Shown: piece after piece, positions 25,488 to 36,307 of the stretch | Position numbering within the stretch: the first letter of the stretch is position 1 | Layout: each line of letters opens with the position of its first letter | From: Octopus sinensis | Taxonomy: Eukaryota | Length of the DNA stretch: 64,000 nucleotides | Assembly (NCBI RefSeq): GCF_006345805.1 | Contig: NC_043001.1 | Coordinates: forward strand, 87,916,001 to 87,980,000 | Direction of reading: 5' to 3' | Made by a program: the position numbers and the translations under genes | The notes under the pieces: model-generated | Databases searched by the model: none | Seen by the model: the letters and a program-made list of their open reading frames with translations, nothing else | Told to the model about the DNA's origin: nothing

Positions 25488-25956
25488 TATAATTAGTGAA
25501 TGGAAGAAATGGAGTTGAACGAAGATTGTACAGAATTCCATTTATTACATTCTACACATGTTTCAAAGGCCACAATTTTCCAAATTCTCATTAAATAAGG
25601 ATACCATATTGCAGCTTTCTCTTCAGGAAAAACCAGGAATTACGTTGTCAGAACAAAACAAAACAAAGGCGCAGCAAAGCAATTCGAACGAGGACGCTCC
25701 TTAAGAGCCCATGGGTAAAATGATTTTACCCATGGGCTCTTAAGGAGCGTCCTCGTTCGAATTGCTTTGCTGCGCCTTTGTTTTGTTTTGTTCTGACAAC
25801 GTAATTCCTGGTTTTTCCTGAAGAGAAAGCTGCAATATGGTATCCTTATTTAATGAGAATTTGGAAAATTGTGGCCTTTGATACATGTGTAGAATGTAAT
25901 AAATGGAATTCTGTACAATCTTCGTTCAACTCCATTTCTTCCATTCACTAATTATA
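25488..25956. repeat. Near-perfect 469-bp palindrome (234-bp arms, 1-nt centre at 25722, one mismatch 25562/25882), probably a tail-to-tail Penelope-like terminal repeat
   Basis: Base-by-base comparison of the two arms. Centre gggtaaaat-g-attttaccc. Confidence 0.95.
25801..25910 (+). ncRNA. Type I hammerhead-ribozyme-like motif (sense copy has GATA instead of GAAA). The mirror copy at 25534-25643 on the minus strand has intact GAAA
   Basis: CTGAAGA (25818-25824), 12-bp helix II gaaagctgcaat/attgtggccttt with wobbles and one mismatch, G(A/T)AA core, helix III ACAT/ATGT, GTA triplet, and distal helix I aattcc/ggaatt. Proximal helix I is poorly paired. Confidence 0.55.
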
Positions 25957-26729
25957 TTAAACTTCAATTATCCGCGCCAACGCACGGTTGCAACACCATA
26001 TGATCATATCTCCAACCGTTTTTTTCTGCTGTGATTTTTGCTACCCAGGTATCGGTTAATCTTTTGAATAATCCATAACAAGATAATTCATCTTTCCATT
26101 TCAACAAATATATATATACATATATATATATATTATTTGTTTCAGTCATTTGACTGCAGCCATGCTGGAGCACCGCCTTTAGTCGAGCAAACCGACCTCA
26201 GGACTTATTCTTTGTAAGCCTAGTACTTATTCTATCGGTCTCTTTTGCTGAACTGCTAAGTTATGGGGATGTAAACACTAACATCGGTTGTCAAGCAATG
26301 GTGGTGTGGGCAAACACACGCGTACACACACTCGCACATATACGATGGGCTTCTTTCAGTTCCCATCTACCAAATCCACTCACAAGGCTTTGGTTGGCCC
26401 GAGTCTCTAGTAGAAGACATTTGCACAAGGTTCCACGCAGTGGGACTGAACCTGGAACCATGTGGTTAGGAAGCAAGCTTCTTACCACACAGTCATGCTG
26501 TGCCCGTATATATATATATGTATACACACACATATATTTTGTAAACAAACTTATAAAGCATGTGTTGATATTCTACAGAAAAATAAAGGAATTCACAAAC
26601 ATAAGCAAGTTGTGTAGAGAGCTTAGAAATTTGGATATAGGGTATTTACCCGATTTTCTAAGATGTCTTCACAGCCTTCCTGCATTTGTGAATTCTTTTA
26701 TTTTCTGTAGAATATATATTTAAATGTAT

Positions 26730-26839
26730 GTATGCGTGTATATATGTGTGTATGCATTACCTAAAATGGTTTGATTAGGTGCCTTGCGACTTAGTTCCAT
26801 GGCCCTCTAACAAAAATTGTCACTTTCAAGTTTAGATTA

Positions 26840-26887
<48 letters not shown>

Positions 26888-27475
26888 TACATACATATGG
26901 TACATACTCTATATACATACATACTATATAAATACAAGGGTATGTGTGCTTAGTCCCAAAAGGCTCTGAAACAGTGTCCTCAACAAAAACGAATTTGATT
27001 TTCGAAATTTGCATCCCAATGGAAAGGTCATCCATAAATTGTAGTAAAAAAAAAATGTAATTTGCTATGAGAAACAACTCAACTTTTAGATCGACAGCTC
27101 TCCTACTCTCTAACTGTTACCATGAATCTATCTATCTCTATTATTTATCACACTCTTTATCACTCTCTCTCTGTATGTATTATCTCAAACACGTTGCTCT
27201 CATTTTGTTTAAAACTTTTAATGTTTACTTTCATTTAATGACAGCTTATTACACATGGACCCTGTTTTCTGATTGGGTAAAAATGATCAAACCTTAAACT
27301 ACTGTAACATTTTGCTGAAATTATTTTGAATAACTGAATCACAAATGTTGTATTTATGTGTGTATATATGTGTGTATGTCTTACCTAAAATGGTTTGATT
27401 AGGCTACTTGCAACTTAGTTCCATGGGCCTCTAACAGAAATTGTCACATTCAGGCTTAGATTACTGATATATATA

Positions 27476-27517
<42 letters not shown>

Positions 27518-28089
27518 ATACATATGGTACATACTCTATATACATACATACTATATAAATACAAGGGTATGTGTGCTTAGTCCCAAAAGGCTCTGAAACA
27601 GTGTCCTCAACAAAAACGAATTTGATTTTCGAAATTTGCATCCCAATGGAAAGGTCATCCATAAATTGTAGTAAAAAAAAATGTAATTTGCTATGAGAAA
27701 CAACTCAACTTTTAGATCGACAGCTCTCCTACTCTCTAACTGTTACCATGAATCTATCTATCTCTATTATTTATCACACTCTTTATCACTCTCTCTCTGT
27801 ATGTATTATCTCAAACACGTTGCTCTCATTTTGTTTAAAACTTTTAATGTTTACTTTCATTTAATGACAGCTTATTACACATGGACCCTGTTTTCTGATT
27901 GGGTAAAAATGATCAAACCTTAAACTACTGTAACATTTTGCTGAAATTATTTTGAATAACTGAATCACAAATGTTGTATTTATGTGTGTATATATGTGTG
28001 TATGTCTTACCTAAAATGGTTTGATTAGGCTACTTGCAACTTAGTTCCATGGGCCTCTAACAGAAATTGTCACATTCAGGCTTAGATTA

Positions 28090-28110
<21 letters not shown>
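26730..28110. repeat. 626-bp tandem duplication with (TA)n at the junctions
   Basis: About 26845-27470 is essentially identical to about 27471-28096 (ORF track duplicates at 27067 and 27693). The first head at 26730-26845 is more diverged. Confidence 0.9.
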
Positions 28111-28129
<19 letters not shown>

Positions 28130-28624
28130 CATATATACACACACACACAAATACATACTATATGAATACAAGTGTGAAAAAGTACATCGATTTTTCTCAT
28201 GGTAAACTTTTTGTGGTTTTGGGATGTACTAGAAACAACAACTAAATCTCCCTTAAATTGCACACCTTTCTGTCTGAAAATTATTTTGAAATTATAAACA
28301 GAAACAAATTGCAGATTAAGACTGTCTGTAGCTGAAATTTTTGGGTTTATGGGGGTGGGGAGTTGTTAATGAAGAAATTAAAAAAAAATTCACTATTGTT
28401 TTTAAATTGAATTTCATTTTCTGTTTAAAAATAAAGGAAGTGGGGATTGTTATGGTGACCACTGATTTCCAATTTTTTTCTTTTTTAAACCTTCAAGGCT
28501 TCTCCTGTCATTTTAAAGTGTGAAGTGCAAAAAAATAAAAATTGCTATAATCAGTACTGAGTGAGGGAGGGGTGTTGAAAAATTTCATAAATTTTCAAAC
28601 TCCTTTTTTTTTCTTACTGCAAAA

Positions 28625-31600
28625 GCGTCTCCCATTGTTTTTAGGTGTGTAGTGCAAATTGCATGTTACTTACATCTGCCCACTTGTATATTGCATTCAG
28701 GTCCTGCTGTAAACTTGCAGCGCTGTCTGGATTTTTTGTTGCATGTGGTAATTTTGTATCATTGGCATTGCAATTTTTAGTCTGTCGCTGTTTGAGTGAC
28801 TATGGGCGTGTTGAAGTGAGCTGTTATAAGCAGTAATGGCCCCAAGACGGTTCCCTGGGGAATGCCACTTAGAATTTGCATTTCCTCAGAGAGGGCACAA
28901 TTGACTACAACTGCTTGACTTTTGTCTTTTAGAAGTCATGCAGCCACTCTCCTAGTTTACAGTCATGCTAAGGTCTCACAGCTTGTGACATATTATGCCA
29001 TGATCTACCTTGTCAAAGGTCTTTGCAAAGTCAAGATATATCACATTGACATCTGAATGGTCAAGCAGCTGTTTCGAAACCCAGTCACAGTACTGTAAGA
29101 GCTGTATGGAGCAGCTTCTTACTAGACAAGAAACCATGCTGTGTATTGTTCAGTAATTAATTTTCTTCTAGGAACATTATCAGTTTCTTTCTGATGATTC
29201 GTTTCATGATTTTACTCACATGTAAAGAAGAGGGATTGACTTGTAGCTCTTAGCTTCTGCTCTGCTCCCACCTTTGAGGATAGAGCATATAATGCGTTCT
29301 TTTAGCTTTTTTGGAAGTTCACCACTTGCAAAGAAATTCTGGAGAAGTATCTGAATAGAGGGATCTCTGTGAAATGATTTCCATCTTGCTTTATTGAAAT
29401 TGAAGTTGGATATGGCTTGAGTTTTTCTGATAGGGTAGATGCCAGCAGTTTGCCTAGGACCATATATTATTCAGCAATGTTGTGATCTGAGAGTGCTGTT
29501 GGCATCGCCTTCACATTATGGATAAGTTTCACATTATTTGTGAAGCAGAGATCCAAGATCTTGTTACTCCTGGTTGGCTGGATTATCATTTGTTGCATGA
29601 ACAGCATATTAAAAAGTTCAAGTAAAGATTCTATATGCTTGTTTTTCATGCAGTGACATCTCAGAAAGGGTGTGGCCTTCAGGCCACTTAACATTTGGGG
29701 TGTTGATGTCACCCAGAAGTATATTAATGTGTTGGTTCAGGTCTGTCAATACCTCTTCTATGTGTCTGAGGCTATCCTCAAATTTACCATCATATTTTGA
29801 AGTATTTAGTGGACAATATGTTGTGCATACAGCTACATCAATTTGCTTTATATGTATTATTAAGTTGTCACAAACTTAGTTTGAGTAGGACAGCACTACA
29901 AGGGGTGTGACACCTTTGCAGATGTATACAGCAACTTCTCCATGGCTTCTTTCTCTTATGCCACCCTGGTACATATATAGAAGTTAGTTGTGTTTCTATA
30001 AGTACCATGCATATTGCTTGATTGCATGCAGCAAGCTCTTCCAGATGGAAAATTTTACCTCTGTTACTGAGTTGTAGTAGACTTCCAATGTTTAGTAGGA
30101 ATATGGATGCAATATCTGGGTAGGTGTTACTAGTGTTAGTGTTGGCCATCCTGGGTCCATCACCTGTGGCAGTCTTGTGTATTCAAATGCATGGCTTTTG
30201 CATTCATGTCAGTTGCTGCACTATCTTCTGGGACATGTTCAAAACAGCCTGCTGCTTGATAGCTGCAGTTCATACAACCTCTGCATATTGCTTTTTGAGG
30301 GGTGCTGAGGGTATGTGTCAATTCCTTTTCTTATTCTTATGAGACCTGTTTTTCCCTGTTGGTTTAATACTAGCCAGATGGTCCATGTTCAATGATTTCC
30401 CTCTTCTGTGTTCTTGCTGGATTTGTTTTGGGAGGTTACCCTGATTGTTCTGATAAAGCTTGGGATGGACAAAGCTGCAATTTGTTCCTTTTTCTTCATG
30501 CCAGCAGGTGCCATTTAAATAGAATTTACAGACAATCCTGGCTCTGTCAGTTTCTGTCCTTTTGTTTGCTTGTTTTACTTACTGGTGTTTTTGTTTTTGC
30601 TTTATTTTTGAGCTTGAGGACATCTCTTTTTCTCGCCCATTTCCCCATCTCTTGTTCACTACAGTTCTTTTTTTTACTGCTATCATTAGAGCCATTGCTG
30701 CTTTCAGTATTGTTTTTAGGACAGGTAGCATTTGTGGTGGGTTTTTTTTTTGATGTCATCTGTTTGACCTTCCTGGGTTTCATGACATGTGGGGTCGTTA
30801 TTGACCACTTTGTTTGTTTCTTTCATAATGCTGTGTAGGAGGTAAAGATGTAGCTTGTCAAGTGCATAGGAGCATATGAACTCCTGTCTTTTTCACTCAA
30901 TTTTTATTTTGCATTTGTGTGCCTTCAGCGGTGCCTGTGGGACAGAAGAGAGATCTCCTCGGTGACCAAAGAGCAAATCTACCAGGCCGTCATTCGTACT
31001 ATCCTCCTCTATGGTTGTGAAACATGGCCTTTGAGTGTAGTCGATCAGCGAAGGCTATAGGTGTTCGACAATGACTGTCTCCGCTGCATTCTTTGCTGCC
31101 GATGCATTGATCAGGTTCCTACAGCCAGTCTTTGTCATCACCTGAATCTCCGGCCCCTCCCTTCAATGCTTCTACAACGGTGCTTAAGGTGGTTTGGTCA
31201 TGCAGCACGGCGTCCAGAGGGTGAGCTGATTTGCGATGTCCTCCTCCCACCTCCACATCCCAACTGGTGCAAACGCACGGGCAGGCAGCTGAAGACCTGG
31301 GCAATGACGATAAAGGAGGCCCTCTCCGAACTCTCAGGTCCACAGGTGGTTGGTCTGCGCAAATGGAACCGCGAATGGCTCACTATCTCCAGTGACCTCG
31401 CTCAGGACCGTTGAGCGTGGGCCACCATAGTTCGGGATGCCGTCAGGACCAGAGAAGAAGCCCGTTCAACCCACCTTGGATGAACGCCGTCACAAGTACT
31501 AGTAAGTACTCAATTTGTGCCATAGACCTATGGAAACTGTAGTTTTCTAGGGTGCCATTATTAGGTTGTTTGGCAGTAATCCATCAGTCATGTTCCATGC

Positions 31601-31730
31601 TTGAAGAAAGTGATGACGTTCTTTGATTTGCCAATTTCAATGCATCTTTTGCATTTTGTTAGCTTCAATTTAGCTCAGTACAGATTTGCAGTTGTTGGTG
31701 TTCATCTGTTGATTTTTCATACTGTAAAAT
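28625..31730 (-). mobile_element. Decayed CR1/L2-group LINE (ORF1, APE endonuclease, RT)
   Basis: Endonuclease motifs IIQPTRSNKILDLCFTNN...LSDHNI (29467-29712) and LLNIGSL...IETQL. RT motifs LDFAKTFDKVDHG and SGIPQGTVLGPLL at about 28830-29050. Confidence 0.85.
30920..31510 (+). mobile_element. GC-richer RTE LINE 3' fragment nested in the CR1-like element
   Basis: KEQIYQAVIRTILLYGCETWPL...LRWFGHAARRPEGELI...QLKTWAMTIK...SDLAQDR. Tail caagtactagtaagta. Possible TSD actcaattt (30895-30903 and 31508-31516). Confidence 0.85.
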
Positions 31731-32430
31731 GGTGAGATATTAGTAGCTGAAAAATTTTAATAAGTGTAACATTTGCAAAGATGGTGGGGTATTAAGAAAA
31801 GATAAACTATTTCCAAGGATGTTGTTAAAAAGTGGTAAGAGAGAAAGTATGAGAGTGTTTAAGAAAATAGAACATTGTAAAAGAGAAAGTGAAAGTGTTG
31901 GCGAATGTAGGAGACAAAAGTAATTCAAAAGACCATAGATATGCAGTGGAAAATATAAGTTTGTATTAGATTTATAGTGTTATAAAGAGATGTAAGAGAG
32001 AAAGTGCAAGAGTGTTAATGAAAATAAGAGACAAATTCAAGAGATTGGAGAATGTTCAGTGAAGATGGAAAGGAGGTTTGTAACAAACTTATAGCACTTT
32101 AATAAAGAAAGGTGGGAGGGAAAGAAGAAGAAGAATGTTTAGGAATATAGGAGAGAGATAATTCAAGAGTTCTGTAGAATATGCAGTGGAATTTTCATAA
32201 GTATTTGTGGCTTATGAATTAAGGAGCTACATTGATTCTCCACAAATCCAAGTTCAGTTTTACTTTGGTCCAGGCAGGTTCGTATATAAGGAAGCTGAGT
32301 GTGTATGTGTTTGTGCATGGAAGCTTGCAAGCAAAGACCCAGGTGCATATTCATGTAAATATCTGGAACCCTTGGTGGATTTCAAACATTTGTGAATGAA
32401 AGCAGTAATAGTGTATTCCACATCTACCAA
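31730..32430 (-). mobile_element. Highly decayed Penelope-like (GIY-YIG) remnant
   Basis: Frameshifted similarity to FTC...LYIG.TK..L..RFVEH, plus a purine-rich 3' region similar to 2135-2520. Weak evidence. Confidence 0.3.
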
Positions 32431-34499
32431 CTGTGGTTGTATGTCTGTAACTAATCAGAATGTTTTTCATTTATCAATATAAAAAAAAAAAATCTGTTGT
32501 TGGATATTACCTGAAACTTTCAGTTTCAGGTTGGTATCTTCAGTGATACAGCATGTGGAATTTCTCTGCTAAACAAAGATTACACCTCTAGGTTTTCCTA
32601 TGAAAAGTACAATAATACCTTTGTTGTTATTGTACTTTTTATTTTGGAGTAATATTGGAAACAATTTAATTGTTGGTTAAGGTGGGTTTTAAGTGAGCTG
32701 CTTGTTAGTTTGATGTTTCTTTTCTTTTTTCTTTTTTTTTGTTGTAATTTGTGACATTGGTTTGAATGATGTTTCGTTACAGGCAAATGCTACATAGAGG
32801 GCATAATTTCGGTTTTTCGATGTTGTATTCCCTCTCTTTGCTTAGTCTCAGATTTCTATCATTATGTAATCTTATATAATTTAGATTTAAAAGGATTGAA
32901 CTTTTAGTAACATTACTTTTTTTTTTTTTTATTAAAATACTAGCTTACTTTGTAAGAAGTATATAAAACTGCAGTTTGTGACATATTCAAGAGGGTATGG
33001 TGATTAAGGAGAGGAATTACTATGTTACAAGTTTCTTTGAAAACTATATTAGTGTGTTAGCTATTTTTGTTAGCATATTTCTGTTGAAATACACTGCGTT
33101 TATTTCAATTAATTTTTAAAATAATGAAAAATTTAGTAAAATAACTTATTAAGCTGGTGTTTGGAGTATAAATTAACATGAAATTTTAATGAAAGATTTT
33201 AATTTAGATCACTTTAAAGAAGGAACTTGTATCATAGAATGAGGGGTGGTCTGGACAGATTGGTATCAAGAGAGTTTAATGCACCATATTCTTCCTTGGT
33301 TATTGGTTGTTTAAATTATCCCAAATATACAAAATTTAATCTAGATTCAGCCTTAATAAAGAGTGACTAATTTTCTTTTCATTTTATTTTAAGTCTTTCA
33401 TGTTTTTATATCACTCACAACTTTTGTTGGAAAATGAATGCACAGAGATGTATAAAAATATGTTAAGGACACTGAATTAAGTGCATTACAAGGTTTGATT
33501 TTTTTCCCCCCCTCCACTAGGTTCAACTTTGTGCTTCACTTTCTGCTTTTGAGAGACTGTTCCAGTAATAAAACTGGAATAATTCACCCCACCACCACCA
33601 CCACCATACCACCTGTTTACAAAGCCTTAGCTTTGTAAGTGAATGTTTGTGTATGTGTGCAACAATGCATGTGCATTTGTGTTCCTGTATGTATGTGTTT
33701 GTATGCATACATGTACTTAGCTGCAGCACCCGGCCTTGCCAGGGTTTATTAATACCTAAAATAAATACAATCAAATGAATTTATTATGTTTTGGATAGAT
33801 TGCTTTAAAAAGGTGCTGAAAATTCTTTATTTAGTATGGAAATGTTGATTCATTCAGAATTGTTGCATGCAAGCAATTCAGAAGGTCGTTCAAGTTGAGC
33901 TTTATAAACATGTGCAAATATAAACAAACACAGAACCAAAAATAATGTTTTATTCCTAATTTTTTTTTTTCTGTTTTATTTTCTGGGAAAAACATTATTT
34001 TATTAAATAAACCGTTCTATCTTACATATTTACTTTGAATCAATTGCATTTCTAATCAGTAACATTTTCCAGTATCTGCTGTGATACTTGGGATTATTCA
34101 GTATTCTTAGTTTTTTTCAGTCAGGAGTTACAGAAAAAAAAAAATGTAATTTTCTACTCTAGTAAAGAAGCAGCATAAAATTACTGAAGGGGAAAGCAAC
34201 GTGATTTCAAATTGATTCCAGTGACTTTGGTACTTTGTCCTTGTGATTTCATGATATTCATCCATCCATAACAAAGGAATTTTTTGAATGAAAACCCCCT
34301 TGTTCTTAGCACAATTTGTGAAAACTGATGCTTCTTTGATAGGCAGAAGCATTTTCTTCACTATCAAGCAAGTCCCATTTGCAAAGTCTGGTGGTATATA
34401 GATTTCTAAGAAAAATGAAGTGCCTTTACATTAGGATTAACTGATATGATGGAATTCCAGAAGAGTTCTGGGAATTTTAAACTGAAGTAATTCACCAGT

Positions 34500-34825
34500 A
34501 AGTGAAGGTGCATGGCTTAGTGGTTAGGATATTTGGCTTATGATTGTAAGGTCACGAGTTCAATTCCTGGCGATGCATTGTGTCCTTGAGCAAGATACTT
34601 TATTTCATGTTGCTCCTGTCCACTCAGCTGGCAAAAAAAGTAGTATCTATAATTCAAAGGGCCAGCCTTGTCACACTCTGTATCATGCTGAAACTCCCTG
34701 AGAGTTCTGTTAAGGGTATGTGTCTCTGTGGAGTGCTCAGCCACTTACATGTTAATTTCATGAGCAGGCTGTTCTATGATTGGATCAACTGGAACCCTTA
34801 TCGTAACTGACAGAGTGCCATCAAA
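34500..34825 (+). mobile_element. tRNA-derived SINE (third family) ending in an A-run. Related fragments at about 11995-12180, 40850-41000(-), 52450-52750
   Basis: Head gtgcatggcttagtggttagg...gagttcaattcctgg, then gtgtccttgagcaaga, and tail gtaactgacagagtgcca followed by poly(A). Confidence 0.7.
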
Positions 34826-36250
34826 AAAAAAAAAAAAAAAAAAAAATTTAGTTCAGAGCATTTTTACCAAAGAATTCAAAGATTTATGCATAATGAACTA
34901 TCTTGCAAGAAAATACATCGTCATTGTTTTACTGTTCCCTTTTCCATGCATCATGGGTTGGACAGAGTTTATTGAGGAAGATTTTCTATTGTAGAATGCT
35001 CTTCTATTACCAACCCTTATCGTTTCCAAGCATGGTAATATTTCCTTATGGTCAGAGATGTTTATTGCAGACTATTGGGAATAAATGTCATTGTTTATAT
35101 GATATTCACAACTATCGTGCTATGTCAAGATAAGGAGACACAAACATATACTCACATATACATACACACATACACACTCACATGCACACACACATACACA
35201 GAGCTTCTTTCAGTTTCCATCCACCAAATCCATTTACAAGGTATTGGTTAGCCCAAAACTATAATAAACGATAATCAGTGGATGAACTCAAAAAGTATGT
35301 TTTGGGTAACATACGTCTTAACAAAGTCATACCTAATTTCTTGAGATGAAGCTTTGAGGCAGGCATTGAGCTCACCTACTGGTGTGTCCTTACAAATTAT
35401 AGGCAGATAGGAGGTAGAAATCATCTGCAAGTAGCAGATGGTAGGGTACCCATGATGTTGCTAGTTTATCTTATGTGCCCCAGTGTCTGATCCAGTGCTT
35501 CAAGATAAGTTTGTGGCTCATTTTGCATTCAGCCTACAAAATCAGTTGACAACTTTTGAGTGCAACAGCTAATGAACCTCAACTAATATTGGAAACTATT
35601 ACATCTTGGAATGTTGGGTTTTGGTTTAAAAGTAACTTAAGTATGGAATGCTACTACAAGGCCCAGTTGTTATTGTGGTGTGCCTCAACGACCCTAAAAG
35701 CTATATCAGCAGTGCAGGCTCCTTGGTGGGGGGGCGCTTCTATGCTGGACAGATCATCACCCAGGGGTGATGGAGGCAAAGTTGACGTGCTAACAACCCT
35801 ATCAACTCATTGCCTTAAAAATAATAATAATAATTTCAAAGTTTTGAACAAGGCCTTTAATTTTAGTAGAAGGCAGGTTAGTTGATAACAGCAATCCCAG
35901 TATTTGACTGATACTTTATTTTGTTGACTCTAAAGGGATGACAGGCAAAGTTGACTGTGGTGAGATTTCAGCTTGGAACTTAAGGAGAAGTGCTGCTAAG
36001 CATTTTGTCTGATGTGCTAATGAGTCTACCAGCTCACCACCGTAATAATGATAATAATAACTGAAATAAATAATTATTCAAAAAACTGGAACAGCACATG
36101 ATGCAGTTTTGTGTATATGTGTTTGTGTGTGTATAAGTATTTAGGGTCTGTGTGTGCAAATGCACAACACATTTACACACACATACAGACATCCAGCATA
36201 ATGTATATTTTCATTTCCTTATATTTCTCTTGTCTATTTTGTCTTTACAG

Positions 36251-36307
36251 AAAATTCACTTAGTTGAAGTGAATGCCTTATTCTCACTGTTAGATGAACG
36301 AAGAAAG
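36251..36307 (+). CDS. STUB1: STUB1/CHIP internal coding exon (equivalent to human exon 5)
   Basis: tttacag acceptor, gtaagg donor at 36308. 57 nt, phase 0/0. KIHLVEVNALFSLLDERRK aligns without gaps to human DKYMADMDELFSQVDEKRK (19 aa). Confidence 0.93.

Noticed and set aside
35280-35800. Coding-looking segment, possible nested gene
   Set aside because: There is no sustained ORF or splice pattern. A minus-strand LLLADDF hints at a decayed RT, but the evidence is too weak to annotate.
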